DNA of 64,000 nt from Nitrospirota bacterium (GTDB lineage: Bacteria > Nitrospirota > Thermodesulfovibrionia > Thermodesulfovibrionales > UBA9159), in assembly GCA_963699545.1 (NCBI GenBank), contig CAVOUE010000004.1, forward strand, positions 128,001 to 192,000, read 5' to 3'. This document shows positions 40,828-52,025 of this stretch, one piece after another; the stretch's first letter is position 1; each line of letters starts with the position of its first letter. The notes beneath the pieces are model-generated. The model did no database searches. It worked only from the letters and a program-made list of their open reading frames with translations, and was not told the origin of the DNA. The position numbers were made by a program, and so were the translations under genes.

Positions 40828-42480
40828 TGACCGGCAGCCTCACGATGAAGGTCGAACCCTTGCCGACGGTACTTTTCACCTCGATATCCCCCCCATGCTT
40901 CTTAATAATACCATAACTCACCGCCAGACCGAGTCCTGTGCCTTTGGTCGAATCTTTTGTGGTGTAGAAGGGATCGAATATCTTCCCGATGTATTCCTCC
41001 GAGATGCCGCATCCAGTGTCCGAAATGACGATCTCGACGAAATCTCCGGCGGCCCGGGTAGCGATCCCGATCTTCCCGGGCGGGGAGATGGAGTGGATGG
41101 CGTTTAACAGAATATTCAGAACGACCTGTTCCAATTTGATCGGGTCTGCAGAGATCTCCGGGAGACTCTCTGAAAAAGAGAGATTGACCTCGATATCGCT
41201 GAACAGGCCCTGCGCTGAGAGGGTGTCTATCATCTCGTTGATAGGACAGTTGATATTTGTCTTCACCTTCTTCAACTTCGTTTCCTTTGCAAAGCTGAGA
41301 AGCTGGCGCACGATAATTCTCGCCCGCTCCGTCTCCCTCACCATCATCTTTAATTTTTCCCGGCGGGTGTCGTCCTCGGGCATCTGCTCGAGCATGAGAT
41401 GGGAAAAGGTAAGAACCGAGGTAAGCGGGTTGTTGATCTCATGGGCTATCCCCGCCGCGAGAATCCCTATGGACGCGAGCTTTTCCGCCTCGATAAGCTG
41501 TGCCTGTTTTTCATGGAGATTCTTCACCGCATGTTCCAGGGAGTTCATGGTGTCCTTCAATCTGTCCTCCATCTGGTTGAACGAGATATCTCGAGTGAGG
41601 TGAGTTCGTCCCTTCCCTTTACCTCAATGACTTCTGAGAAGTCCCCCATGGCGACCTTCTTCGTCACCTTTTCGAGCTCCCTGATAGGGGCGGCGATGCC
41701 CCTGGCGAGTTTGACATTGATGATAATTCCCACGGCCACGATGACGAGCAAGGCGATAAGGAGCATGTTCATGGACAGCTTCAGAGTATCATTGATCTTT
41801 GACCGCTCCCGCTTCGAAAGCTCTTCCGTGAAAGACTGGATTTCACGCGCCCTCAGCCGCATCTTCTCCACCGCATACTTTTCGTCCCGGAAAAGCTCGA
41901 ACACCCTCTCCACGAGGACCCGGTACTCCCCGGCCTCCCCCTCGGCGGAGAGCGACGAGAAGGTCTTCATAAAGGTGCCGTACGTTGTCTGGTCCCGGTA
42001 CAGCAGCAGGTTCTTTTCGTACCTCCTGAGTATCAGAAATATCCGGAGATCGTTTCCCCTGAGGTTCTTTTCGATATCCCTTCCCGTGTCTCTCAGCCGA
42101 GCAACGATCTCTTCCTGTGATTTGAAATTCAGCGCGATCCTTTCGATGAGGAATTCGTACTCGGTGATGGCGTTCTTCATCATCGTATAGTTATCGGTTC
42201 CTATCTGGCGTACGATCTCTGTGCTGATGTTCGCGGTGTGTTCTTTCAGGGTGCCGAGATATTTCTTCATCTCCTGAAGGCTCGCGCTGTCCTTGTAGAG
42301 AAGGAAATTTTTTTCAAATCTCCTCACCTCGAGGATGGTGTTGGTCGCATCATCCGCAACTTCAACCAGGGCAAGCCCTGTTGTGATCGTACGCAGTTCA
42401 TTATAGGAGAGGGCTCCTGCTACTACGGCGAGGAACATATAAAGGCCGAAACCGAAGAAGAGCTTGTGGCGTATCTTCAC
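40820..42480 (-). CDS. HAMP sensor histidine kinase (frameshift near 41580)
   Basis: LEVRRFEKNFLLY and LRRYEKNLLLY, AHEINNPLTSV, GTGLGL. Confidence 0.85.
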
Positions 42481-42725
42481 CCGACGGCATCCTTCTTAAC
42501 GTTGAATGATGGTAAGAGAGGGGATGGACAGGAGCCGAGGTTCCGATAGCGCGCTGCCGCAGATGGTCTGTACCAGTATTCCATGTCAGATAATTGTAGC
42601 CTACAAGGGCCGGAAAAGTTAAGACTTTTTCGGGGGGATCAGCCTTGGTTGCCTGATCCCCCCGGAGAGTACGTCTTGAAAGGTCCTCTCGAATACGGAG
42701 ATATTGAACCTTACGGGCTTGGCGG

Positions 42726-43437
42726 CTATGCTTCTTTTTTCACCTTTGCCTTTTTCATGCTCAGGCCTATACCCTCGAAAAGGTAGAATATAGCGTATCC
42801 CCACCACATCGTGTAAACGACGTAGAACACGAGAAGCCCTGACATCATGCCGGCATGTTCGCTTACTTTGTTGGCATCGATCTGATAGAAGTTATAGCCG
42901 GGTTCAACGGCCTTTTTCGTCACATCGGCGACCGCTTTAGCCTCAGCTACTTTTTTCTCTTTCTTCATTCCCTTTTCTATCTTCCCCAGGGCCTGCCACC
43001 AGTTCTGCATCACTTTTTTCTCGTCATACCCATAACGTTCCGAGACAGCTTTTCCATTATTTTTGTACATTGCGTCTGCGTCCCTAAGGGCGCTCTGGAG
43101 AACCGAGCCGATGTTCTCCTTCCACAGCGAGCTCCTTGTCAGTTGCAGTGACTTTCGCACCTGCCGTGGTGAAAAGCTTAGCAGTGACCTGGACGTCCTC
43201 TGCAGTATCCATCTTTACAAGAGCAGAAAATGGCTTTCCCGTGAATTTTTCCACGGACTTGGATATCTTCGGGATGAAGTACGACGACCCTTTGGCTAGT
43301 TTATTAAAGCTCTCATCCGCGAACTCAAGCCCGTTCTTCCCCATGAAGACCTGGGAAAAGATGAGCAGCAGTACCCCAAGGAATGATATGGCGAAAATGA
43401 CCCCGACACTGAACGGTTTTTTATTTCTTACCAACAT
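42726..43437 (-). CDS. Membrane partner protein of TauE (frameshift near 43110)
   Basis: N-terminal TM, FNKLAKGSSYFIP, VEPGYNFY, C-terminal TM YTMWWGYAI. Confidence 0.65.
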
Positions 43438-43438
43438 G

Positions 43439-44755
43439 TTATGCCTCCTCCTTTGCAAGCACGGGGTTTTTCTGTTCTTCCTCTCCCCTGAGCGTGTTCA
43501 GGTTGATGAGGAATTTGCTGATAACCCACATCGCAAAAAAACTTACCACGATCCAGAAAATGACGTTGCCGGCGGTCTCTATGCCTTTCACAACTGGCTT
43601 TGAAAGGTCGATGACCTCCAGTTCCACCAGTTTTTTCGGCAGGGTCGCTGCCCTGTTGATGAACCCTGCGAGGATCGACACGGCATAAAACCCGCGGATA
43701 TGTATGCCCTTGACCACCTTGGTGGTGAGCGCTCCGACCTGAATGCCGATGAGGGAGCCAAGGAGCATCCCCATGGCCAGGGTATAGAAGACGTAACCAT
43801 AGATGGCGTACTGTGAAATGGCGGCCAGACCCGCGGTGAAGATGATCTGGAGGATGTCAGTTCCGACCGTTGTCATAGAGGACACCCCGAAGACATAGAC
43901 GAACATGGGGAAGGTGATGAAGCCTCCTCCCACACCCATGATGGCGGCCATAAGACCAACGATGACGCCCCCCATCGCTACGATCACACCGGAGATCTTC
44001 TTTCCGCCTTCGACGTAATCTTCATCAAACCGTATTGCAGGCGGGATGTTCAGTTTCTGGATCTTGAGGGCAAGGTCCGTGGTCCCTGAACTTCCGCCAT
44101 GTGCATCTCCCGTATCCGCACTTTTCCGTGCTTTGAGAAAATCCGCAAGGGCATAAAAACCGAGAAAGCCCAAAAGGACTGCATACACGAGGCTGATGAA
44201 GGCCTCGCTGAGAAGGGGGTCATAATCGTAGAGGGCCTTGTTGAGGGCGCCTCCGATGAAGGTGCCGCCTGCAGAACCCACGAGAAAGGCCATGGCAAGC
44301 TTCAGGGAAACATTGCCGAGCTTCTTATGGACTGCGGTTCCCATGATCGCCTTTGCAAAGATATGAAAGAGATCCGTTCCTACCGCGAGTATTCCCTTTA
44401 CCCCTGCCGCCATGAGTGCCGGAGTAATGATAAAGCCTCCCCCCGCGCCGATGCATCCCGTGATCAGCCCAGCGCAGAGACCGATGGCTATGGATACGAG
44501 GAATATGCCGGTCGAGTAAAATGCGGGAGCGTATGCCGTTTTCCCGCCGAGCATATCCCCTGCCTCCAGGAGCGACACCCCCAGTATGGGAACGAGCATG
44601 GCCAGGAGAATCAGCATTTTTTTCCGGTTCTTGAGAATCGACATCGAGACTTCATAATCCCATCTGGCATGAGCCATAGAACTCAACTTAAGAAACTCGA
44701 AAACCCTTCTTGTGATACTCATTTTCAAAAACCTCCTTTTTGGTATATTTGCCAC
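43439..44755 (-). CDS. TauE/SafE-family exporter
   Basis: TGCIGAGGGFIITP, MGVGGGFITFP. Confidence 0.85.
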   Translation of the reverse strand: MANIPKRRFLKMSITRRVFEFLKLSSMAHARWDYEVSMSILKNRKKMLILLAMLVPILGVSLLEAGDMLGGKTAYAPAFYSTGIFLVSIAIGLCAGLITGCIGAGGGFIITPALMAAGVKGILAVGTDLFHIFAKAIMGTAVHKKLGNVSLKLAMAFLVGSAGGTFIGGALNKALYDYDPLLSEAFISLVYAVLLGFLGFYALADFLKARKSADTGDAHGGSSGTTDLALKIQKLNIPPAIRFDEDYVEGGKKISGVIVAMGGVIVGLMAAIMGVGGGFITFPMFVYVFGVSSMTTVGTDILQIIFTAGLAAISQYAIYGYVFYTLAMGMLLGSLIGIQVGALTTKVVKGIHIRGFYAVSILAGFINRAATLPKKLVELEVIDLSKPVVKGIETAGNVIFWIVVSFFAMWVISKFLINLNTLRGEEEQKNPVLAKEEA

Positions 44756-44761
44756 AGTCTG

Positions 44762-45505
44762 TCACCTGATCTTTTCAAATTCTGTCTGGATCTTATACTT
44801 TCTTCCGCTTCCGAAAAGCCGCGTATATGCGAGCGGGACCCTGTCATGGCCGATCAGAAGCCGGTGCAGAAGAAGTACGGGCGTTCCTTCCTTCATTCGC
44901 AGGAGAGCGGCACTGTCGCCTTTGATTTCGGTGACTTCCAGGGTCTGCACGACCTTATGAATTTTTCTCTTGGACTGCGTCTGTATTAAGTCATATAATG
45001 AATGACGGCAGAAATCCTCAACCTGGATATCGGGGACCACAAATAACGGTATAAAGGACTCCTCCAGGTATGCAGGCTCATCTTCGGCGAGCCGTTTACA
45101 AAGCACATAGTAAACGTCGTCATCGAAGCCGAAATACGTTCTGATCTCCTCTGAAGATTTCTTAACGCCCCTCCACACTATCTCTTTCTTTACTCTCACC
45201 CCCTCTCCCAACATGTCTTCGGTTAATCTTGTCTTCATGGCTATGCCAGAGTAATTGGGCAGGGAGTAAGCAACAAAGGTACCCTTGCCCTGCAACCTTC
45301 TGAGATAGCCGTCCCTTGCCAACTCGGAGACGGCGAGCCTTACCGTAGCCTTGCTCACATCATAGGTCTTGCAGAGTGCGTCTTCTGTAGGAATCTGGGT
45401 GCCGGCCAGCCATTCCCCCTTTTCTATCCTTGTCTTAATAATGGCGTACATCTGCACGTAGAGTTTTTGCTGACTTTCCCTGTCCACCACACTTTCTGTC
45501 CACAT
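44762..45505 (-). CDS. GntR (HutC/UTRA) regulator
   Basis: IPTEDALCKTYDVSKATVRLA...QGKGTFV plus UTRA-length C-terminal domain. Confidence 0.9.
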   Translation of the reverse strand: MWTESVVDRESQQKLYVQMYAIIKTRIEKGEWLAGTQIPTEDALCKTYDVSKATVRLAVSELARDGYLRRLQGKGTFVAYSLPNYSGIAMKTRLTEDMLGEGVRVKKEIVWRGVKKSSEEIRTYFGFDDDVYYVLCKRLAEDEPAYLEESFIPLFVVPDIQVEDFCRHSLYDLIQTQSKRKIHKVVQTLEVTEIKGDSAALLRMKEGTPVLLLHRLLIGHDRVPLAYTRLFGSGRKYKIQTEFEKIR

Positions 45506-45572
45506 ATAGTCATCCTCTCAGGTCTTTATAATGATAGGGCTGAAAAAAATATGCGAAGCCCCGATATATTCC

Positions 45573-45725
45573 TCAGGCGGTTTCTGTTCCTTCCTCCTGA
45601 GCCAGCGGTCCCTCGTCCTCACTCGCCACTTCTGCCGACATTTTCTTTGCCATTTCATATTCGCCCGCCTCGGCAAAGGTCACAGCCACCATGAGGTCCT
45701 CAAACTTCTGTAGCAATCTTTTCAT
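45573..45725 (-). CDS. 50-aa FAEAGE peptide (absent from the ORF track)
   Basis: Manual translation MKRLLQKFEDLMVAVTFAEAGEYEMAKKMSAEVASEDEGPLAQEEGTETA*; AGGAGG RBS. Confidence 0.8.
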   Translation of the reverse strand: MKRLLQKFEDLMVAVTFAEAGEYEMAKKMSAEVASEDEGPLAQEEGTETA

Positions 45726-45764
45726 GGTATCCTCCTACGTGGATTTCTTACCTCACGGGATAGA

Positions 45765-45781
45765 AGCAACAGGTATGCCAA
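45765..45781 (-). promoter_or_regulatory. sigma54 promoter
   Basis: TTGGCATACCTGTTGCT. Confidence 0.85.
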
Positions 45782-45914
45782 ATATATAACTAATGGAAAA
45801 TAAATAAAAGATGTGGAAGTGTGCAAGCTATGGTGCAAGTAAATGATGCGCTATTGTAGGTAATTGCAGGATAGTTTACTCATTATGGTGCAAACTTAAG
45901 TTGCAGCCGAGAAC

Positions 45915-47217
45915 TTATGTCGTAATCTTGAGGCTCTTGATCTTCCTCTGGAGCTGCTGCCGGTAAATGCCGAGGGTTGCTGCGGCGTGTGAAATATTTC
46001 CTCCCGCTTCCGCTAATGCCTCCACGATCAATTCCCGTTCAAGCCGAACAATGGCGTCTCTAAGCCGTAGTGTGGAGTTTCTGGTCCTGGGAGGGGAATC
46101 AAGAAGGAATGAAGGCAGATCAGAGGCCAATATCTCAGAGCTGTTCGTAAATGATATCGCCCGCTCGATTATGTTCTCCAACTCCCTCACATTGCCCGGG
46201 TACGTATGATTCATCAGGATATCCACCGCATCCTGGGTGATGCATTTGATCATGATATCCTTCCTCTTTGCCGCGTGCTTCTTCATGAAATGCTTAACCA
46301 AGGAGGGGACGTCCTCCGTCCTGTCCCGCAGCGGAGGGAGGTGGATATTGATGACATTTAGCCGGTAAAAAAGGTCTTCCCTGAATGTGCCGTTCCTGCA
46401 TGCGGTCTTCATGTCCTTGTTTGTAGCAGCGATGATCCTCACATCGACCTTTATCTGACGCATGCCCCCGATGCGCATGATTTCCCCTTCCTGCAATACC
46501 CTGAGAATCTTGATCTGGAACAGCGGAGACACATCGCCGATCTCATCGAAGAATACCGTTCCCCCGTCGGCAAGCTCAAGCAGCCCTTTCTTGGTATAGT
46601 TCGCACCGGTGAAGGAGCCTTTTTCAAAACCGAACAGCTCGGATTCAAGGAGGGTATCAGGGATGGCGCTGCAGTTAATGGTCATAAAGGATTTGTCATT
46701 CCTCGGACTCCAGCGGTGGATAGCCCTGGCCACAAGCTCCTTGCCGGTGCCGCTTTCCCCGGTGATGAGAACGTTGCTTTCGCTGACTGCAGCCTTCTTG
46801 ATAAGGCCGAACACCTCCTGCATCGGCGCACTTGTGCCGATGATCTCATCAAACCCGTACTTGTGTGTAAGGATCTTCTTCTTATATTTTGCGATGACAC
46901 CGCTCACTATTTCACTTGTCAGCGGTTTTACCAGAAAATCACTTGCTCCCAGCTTCATAGCTTCAACAGCCTCTTTCATGTCGGGCCCGGAAAAGGCTAT
47001 GACGGGCATCTGGAGGCGTAATTCCAGCAGTTTCTGCTGCCAGTCCCTGATACCGAGATCAAGGAATGCGATATCGTACTTGCTGAGCTCTTCGAATTCT
47101 CTCTCTAGGGAAGTGTCTATCTGCGTTGCATCCTGCGCGTGGAAGGTATAACCGCTTGATCTGAACAGGGAGTATATAGCCCTTGCTTCATCGGGAGACG
47201 ATCAGTAAGTTCAGCAT
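45915..47217 (-). CDS. sigma54 activator with divergent receiver domain (frameshift near 47193)
   Basis: MLNLLIVS/DEAR...IAFLDLG...FLVKP, GESGTGKE, GSFTGA, HTH. Confidence 0.85.
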
Positions 47218-47338
47218 GCTCTATTGTAAAGAGAATCAGATGAAAAAACAAAGAATTTTTCGCCCTGTCCCGGCGCCACCGTGACGCTGGAAATGATGAA
47301 CACCCAGAGAGGCTACCCGTCACCCGAGAGGCGTTCTG

Positions 47339-48235
47339 TCACGTCGTCTTGACTATGAGCACAGCGCAGGGTGCAAGGCCGATCACCCTCTCTGTCACAC
47401 TTCCCATGAGGAGCTTCTCAAGGCCGGTCCGGCCATGGCTTCCTACTACAATGAGATCGATATTCTTTTCAGTGGCCGCATTGACTATGGCCTCGTAAGG
47501 TTTTCCCTCCTGGATCAACCCCTCTATACCTATCCCCTCTTTTTCAGCAAGACCTTTTATGTTCTGTATGTTGCACTCAGCCGCTTTCTGCTCCTTGTCC
47601 GCAATAAGTCCCCTCTGCATTTCTGAATGGACGATGTCGAAGGGAGAGATGGATTCAGATGGGACGACCGATATCACCGTGAGTTTTGCTCCGCAGCGTT
47701 TCGCAATGCTCACGGCTTCCCTGGCCGCAGCATCGCTATGACGCGAACCATCGGAGGCAACGAGGATACTCTTCATCTCCACTTTGGCAGCTTTGGGAAC
47801 GACAAGCACGTTGCAGGGAGCATGCCCGATGACCTTTGCGGTCACACTGCCCATCATGAGCCGCTTGAGGCCGGTGCGTCCGCGCCTCCCCATGATGATC
47901 ATATCGGCATGTCTTTTTGCCGCCTCGTCAACAACATACCGGTAGGAGTCCTCACCCTGATGGATGCTGATTTCGCAATTCACCTGTTCCTTGGATGCCC
48001 GGTCCCTGACCGCCTCAAGATATGTCCTTGCCTTTTCGATCTCCTTTTCCACCAGTTGAGGAGCGATCGTCTCGTATTCAGGATTTGTCTCCACGACCGA
48101 CAGAGCAAAGAGCCTGCTTGAACATGTTTTCGCAAGGCTGATGGCCTCTCTCACGGCTCCTTCGCTGAATTCGGAGCCGTCCGTGGACAGGAGCAGGTTC
48201 TCAATTTTTGCTATGGGACATGCCTGACCGTTCAT
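47339..48235 (-). CDS. Tandem-domain universal stress protein
   Basis: TDGSE, MGRRGRTG..MGSV twice, APC. Confidence 0.95.
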   Translation of the reverse strand: MNGQACPIAKIENLLLSTDGSEFSEGAVREAISLAKTCSSRLFALSVVETNPEYETIAPQLVEKEIEKARTYLEAVRDRASKEQVNCEISIHQGEDSYRYVVDEAAKRHADMIIMGRRGRTGLKRLMMGSVTAKVIGHAPCNVLVVPKAAKVEMKSILVASDGSRHSDAAAREAVSIAKRCGAKLTVISVVPSESISPFDIVHSEMQRGLIADKEQKAAECNIQNIKGLAEKEGIGIEGLIQEGKPYEAIVNAATEKNIDLIVVGSHGRTGLEKLLMGSVTERVIGLAPCAVLIVKTT

Positions 48236-48652
48236 TTAGTGTCCTCCTGCTCTGAGGATGCCTGACGCCGCGAGCGCCAGGACCAGCACTTCAAGCACCG
48301 CAATGATACCGTATACCGAATCCTTCTTCCTGAAAAGGATCGGGATAACCCTCATATAGCAGAGGATGGTCACTCCCGCGAGAAAGGCTATGCCGATAAA
48401 GTTGAGGAAGTCCCCCTTGCCGACCATCCAAAGCCATGACCAGCCGGGATGGATATGGGTCGCTTCGAGATATTCCTTCACCGGCATGGCCCAGTACCGC
48501 GGAAGATCGTTCACCGGGACATGGGGGGCAAGGATGCCTGCGGCGTATATAGAAAATGTGACGACGAGAGCGAGCAATCCCGCCTTCATTCCCTTGTCAA
48601 GGAGACGTGCATAAGCGATCTGCTCTTCGGTTGCTTTTACCCTTTTTTCCAT
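48236..48652 (-). CDS. DUF1634-like membrane partner of TauE
   Basis: 3-TM; EEQIAYA, GWSWL, GDFLNF.GIAFLA, ends AGGH. Confidence 0.65.
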   Translation of the reverse strand: MEKRVKATEEQIAYARLLDKGMKAGLLALVVTFSIYAAGILAPHVPVNDLPRYWAMPVKEYLEATHIHPGWSWLWMVGKGDFLNFIGIAFLAGVTILCYMRVIPILFRKKDSVYGIIAVLEVLVLALAASGILRAGGH

Positions 48653-48743
48653 TTCGTTCCTCCTTTAATTAGCTGACGGTACATGATGCATAGCTCATGA
48701 GCCAACGAATAAACTGCGAGCCATGAGCGATCAACTCGCCATT

Positions 48744-49748
48744 TCAATTCCAGATGCCGAGACCTTTCAGCAACGCCCTGAGGCCCGCAAAGAGCAGCAT
48801 GACGATGACGATGTAGCGCACCGCCGCAGGTTTTGTCTTCGTGAGTATCTTGACACCGACGATGGAGCCGAGCATGATGCCGATGATCGACGGAACAACC
48901 ATCATCGGCAATACCGCGCCGTTGTTAACGTAGATCCATGCAGCCGATGTATCGGTTATGGAAAGCAGGAACTTGGACGTGGCAACAGATACCTTTAAGG
49001 GAGCACCCATCATGAGATTCAGCACCGGCACGTTTGCCCATCCGGCGCCAAGTCCGAACATACCCGCCATGACGCCGATCAGGATGAAGGTCGCGAGCCC
49101 CTGGGGAGTCCTGTGGATCTTCCAGTTCACCTCATGCCCCGTGGATGCCTCGTGGTAGATACCGTTTATCCTGAGGGCGGTGGAGAGGGCGTCCGCCTGT
49201 TTTACCTCGGGATACTCAGATTTCCTTGCCACGAGCATGATGGCGACAATGCCGAGTATGGTGGCGCCCAATGCTGTATTGACGACCTTGGCGGGAAGGG
49301 CGAGTCCCAACATTGCGCCGACAATGGCACATGCCGAGGCGATAAGCGCAACCGGGAGGGCGAGTCTCAGGTCAGCCATACCTTTTTTCAGAAGGCCCGG
49401 TCCTGCCGCAAGAGCACCCGAAAGGGCGACGAGAAGCCCTGCTCCCCTCACAAAGTCGATGTGGAACGGGAAGAAACCTCCTATGATGGGGACAAAAAGG
49501 ACCCCGCCGCCCACCCCTCCCAGTACCGCCACAATGCCGAGGAAAAAGGTGACCACAAATAAGACGAGGGGCCAAACCCACCAGGGTGTAGACGACCCGG
49601 AGGGCGCGGGAACTGCGGTCGATCCGGTTGATGCAAATGCCGAACTGAGGCACAAGAGCAAGACACACGCTACGGAGATGAAAGCCATCAGGTTCGTGAG
49701 CTTTGCATTCCGGTTCTTGTTTCTTGAGGGTATCGATACCATGTCCAT
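48744..49748 (-). CDS. TauE/SafE-family exporter
   Basis: LGGVGGGVLFVP, MFGLGAGWANVP, KVSVATS. Confidence 0.85.
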   Translation of the reverse strand: MDMVSIPSRNKNRNAKLTNLMAFISVACVLLLCLSSAFASTGSTAVPAPSGSSTPWWVWPLVLFVVTFFLGIVAVLGGVGGGVLFVPIIGGFFPFHIDFVRGAGLLVALSGALAAGPGLLKKGMADLRLALPVALIASACAIVGAMLGLALPAKVVNTALGATILGIVAIMLVARKSEYPEVKQADALSTALRINGIYHEASTGHEVNWKIHRTPQGLATFILIGVMAGMFGLGAGWANVPVLNLMMGAPLKVSVATSKFLLSITDTSAAWIYVNNGAVLPMMVVPSIIGIMLGSIVGVKILTKTKPAAVRYIVIVMLLFAGLRALLKGLGIWN

Positions 49749-49771
49749 GATCCTTTCTTCAAAAGAAGTTA

Positions 49772-50533
49772 TTAGCGTATCTTTTCAAATTCAGTCTGGA
49801 ATTTATACCGGTCGCTTCTGCCGAGGAATCTGGTATAGGCTACCGGAGTATTGTCGGAACTGAGAAGAAGCCTGTGAACGACAAGGACAGGGACACCGCT
49901 CCGAACTTCGAGCTGCTTTGCGTTCTCCCCGCTCACCGGCGAGATTTCGACGGTCTGAACAACCTTGAATATTTTCTTTAATCCCATTTCCTGAAGTACC
50001 GAATAGAGGGAGTGACGGGAAAAATCGACTTTTTCTATGCCGGGCACCATTCGATAGGGAACGAATGATTCCTCAAGGTACACCGGTTTTCCGCTGACTA
50101 CCCGTTTACTGAGGATAGAGTATGTTTTGTCAGCGGTCCTCAAGTACCCGCTTGCATCAGGGGGAGGCGTCTTTTTCCCCTTGTAGAGGATCTCTTTCTG
50201 CACCTTCACTTCTTTCCCGAACATTTCCTCCGTGAACCTTGTCCTCATGGCAAGGCATCCCTCCGGCAGGACACCCGTGACAAATGTTCCCTTGCCCTGA
50301 ACCTTGAGCAGATATCCTTCCTCGGCGAGATTGAGTATCGCCTGGCGAACAGTGATCTTGCTGACGTGGTATTCCCCGCAGAGGTCTTCTTCGGTGGGAA
50401 TTCTTTGGCCCGGCGGCCATTTGCCCGAATTAATTTCTTCCAGGAGAATTCGTGTGAGTTGGATGTAGAGCTTCTCCCTGTTGAAGCGGTCGATAGTTCT
50501 ATTATGCAACTGCGCCGTTTCTCTTTGCATCAT
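49772..50533 (-). CDS. GntR (HutC/UTRA) regulator
   Basis: IPTEEDLCGEYHVSKITVRQA...QGKGTFV; paralog of 44762-45505. Confidence 0.9.
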   Translation of the reverse strand: MMQRETAQLHNRTIDRFNREKLYIQLTRILLEEINSGKWPPGQRIPTEEDLCGEYHVSKITVRQAILNLAEEGYLLKVQGKGTFVTGVLPEGCLAMRTRFTEEMFGKEVKVQKEILYKGKKTPPPDASGYLRTADKTYSILSKRVVSGKPVYLEESFVPYRMVPGIEKVDFSRHSLYSVLQEMGLKKIFKVVQTVEISPVSGENAKQLEVRSGVPVLVVHRLLLSSDNTPVAYTRFLGRSDRYKFQTEFEKIR

Positions 50534-50539
50534 GTCGAT

Positions 50540-50568
50540 ATGATATTATAATGATATGATCGAGTCAA
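50540..50568 (-). promoter_or_regulatory. sigma70-type promoter of gntR (possibly leaderless)
   Basis: TTGACT-N17-TATCAT, 6 nt before the ATG at 50533. Confidence 0.55.
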
Positions 50569-50617
50569 GAAAATATCCCATGAATCTTTTTTATAGGTGA
50601 ATTACGGGAGAACTGTG

Positions 50618-50647
50618 TTGACACTTCCCCGCGTCTACTGCTATAAA
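50618..50647 (+). promoter_or_regulatory. sigma70-type promoter of ilvE
   Basis: TTGACA-N18-TATAAA with extended -10 TG. Confidence 0.6.
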
Positions 50648-50656
50648 TATAGGCCT

Positions 50657-51571
50657 ATGATCGAAAAGACCGAAAAAATATGGATGGACGGTGAATTCGT
50701 GGCATGGGAAAGCGCCAGCGTCCATGTCCTTACCCATTCGCTTCATTACGGTCTCGGGGTGTTCGAAGGGATCAGGTGCTATGCCACGGAAAAGGGCCCA
50801 GCAATATTCAGGCTCAAAGAACATGTGGACAGGTTGTTCAGCTCAGCTCACATCTTCCTTATGAAGATTCCTTTCACGGAAAAAGAGATTATGGAGGCCA
50901 TCATTAATACAGTGGCGGTCAATAAGATCAGGGAGTGTTATATAAGGCCCCTCGTCTACATCGGCTACGGCGCAATGGGGCTTTATCCCAAGGACAATCC
51001 CGTGAAGGTTTCCATAGCCGTATGGCCCTGGGGAACCTATCTCGGGGAAGAGGGAATTGCCAACGGCATAAGGATCAAGGTCTCTTCATTCATACGAGGC
51101 CATGTCAACTCCAACCTTTCGCGGGGAAAGGTCTGCGGGTATTATGTGAATTCCCAGCTGGCAAAGAAAGAGGCGGTATCCTGCGGATACGATGAGGCGC
51201 TTCTGCTCGATACGGAAGGATATGTTTCCGAGGGGAGCGGCGAAAACATTTTTATCGTAAGGAACGGGGTTCTCAAAACCACTCCCCTGACCTCCATACT
51301 GGAAGGTATCACGAGGGACAGCGTTATGGAGATCGCACGGAATGAGGGTATCGCTACGGTTGAAGAACGATTTACAAGGGATGAACTCTATATTGCCGAG
51401 GAGGCCTTCTTTACGGGAACCGCCGCCGAGGTTACCCCGATCCGCGAAGTGGACGGAAGGATCATCGGTAACGGAAAGCCGGGGAAAATCACCAGGAAAT
51501 TGCAGGCTCTCTTTTTTGATGTGGTCAAGGGAAGAAACAAAAATTACAGTTCCTGGCTGACGCACGTGTAA
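50657..51571 (+). CDS. ilvE: Branched-chain amino acid aminotransferase
   Basis: [45 protein letters not shown]. Confidence 0.95.
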   Translation: MIEKTEKIWMDGEFVAWESASVHVLTHSLHYGLGVFEGIRCYATEKGPAIFRLKEHVDRLFSSAHIFLMKIPFTEKEIMEAIINTVAVNKIRECYIRPLVYIGYGAMGLYPKDNPVKVSIAVWPWGTYLGEEGIANGIRIKVSSFIRGHVNSNLSRGKVCGYYVNSQLAKKEAVSCGYDEALLLDTEGYVSEGSGENIFIVRNGVLKTTPLTSILEGITRDSVMEIARNEGIATVEERFTRDELYIAEEAFFTGTAAEVTPIREVDGRIIGNGKPGKITRKLQALFFDVVKGRNKNYSSWLTHV

Positions 51572-51595
51572 AGAGACAACCGGGTTCAGACAATA

Positions 51596-51632
51596 AATAA
51601 AAAAGGCCCGAACCATTCGGGCCTTTTTTATT
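51596..51632. terminator. Bidirectional intrinsic terminator
   Basis: AATAAAAAAGGCCCGAA-CCA-TTCGGGCCTTTTTTATT between convergent genes. Confidence 0.9.
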
Positions 51633-51646
51633 GTAATTCAGTCAGG

Positions 51647-51961
51647 TTACTTCTTGTGGCACTTTCCACAATTTGCCGCATCACTTGACTTAAATGCCTT
51701 TGTACCGTTATGGCACTCACCGCAATTCTTGCCTGCGTTCATGTCGGCCATGGTGATCTTCGCAGCCTTCTTCATCTGGAATATCTTCGTGTGGCAGTCA
51801 TTGCATTTCAGGCCCTTGTCTGCGTGGATCTTACCGTCAAATACAACCTTGCCTGCTGCACCGCCCGCATATTCAACGGTCTTTCCCGGAGGTACTGCCA
51901 TTGCGCTGCCGATAAACACCACCGCGATGGCTAATGTTAATAAAACGGTTAGTAACTTCAT
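51647..51961 (-). CDS. Periplasmic triheme c7-type cytochrome
   Basis: Signal peptide; CNDCH, CGECH, CGKCH; VVFDGKIH; ITMADM. Confidence 0.9.
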   Translation of the reverse strand: MKLLTVLLTLAIAVVFIGSAMAVPPGKTVEYAGGAAGKVVFDGKIHADKGLKCNDCHTKIFQMKKAAKITMADMNAGKNCGECHNGTKAFKSSDAANCGKCHKK

Positions 51962-52008
51962 CTTCCTTCACCTCCTTTCATATGAGATTGTTGTCCTTCG
52001 GACAAATT

Positions 52009-52025
52009 AGCAATATTAATGCCAT
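52009..52025 (-). promoter_or_regulatory. sigma54 promoter of the cytochrome
   Basis: ATGGCATTAATATTGCT. Confidence 0.75.

Noticed and set aside
42631-42664. GC-rich hairpin as a terminator
   Set aside because: No U-tract follows it in the transcribed (minus) direction.
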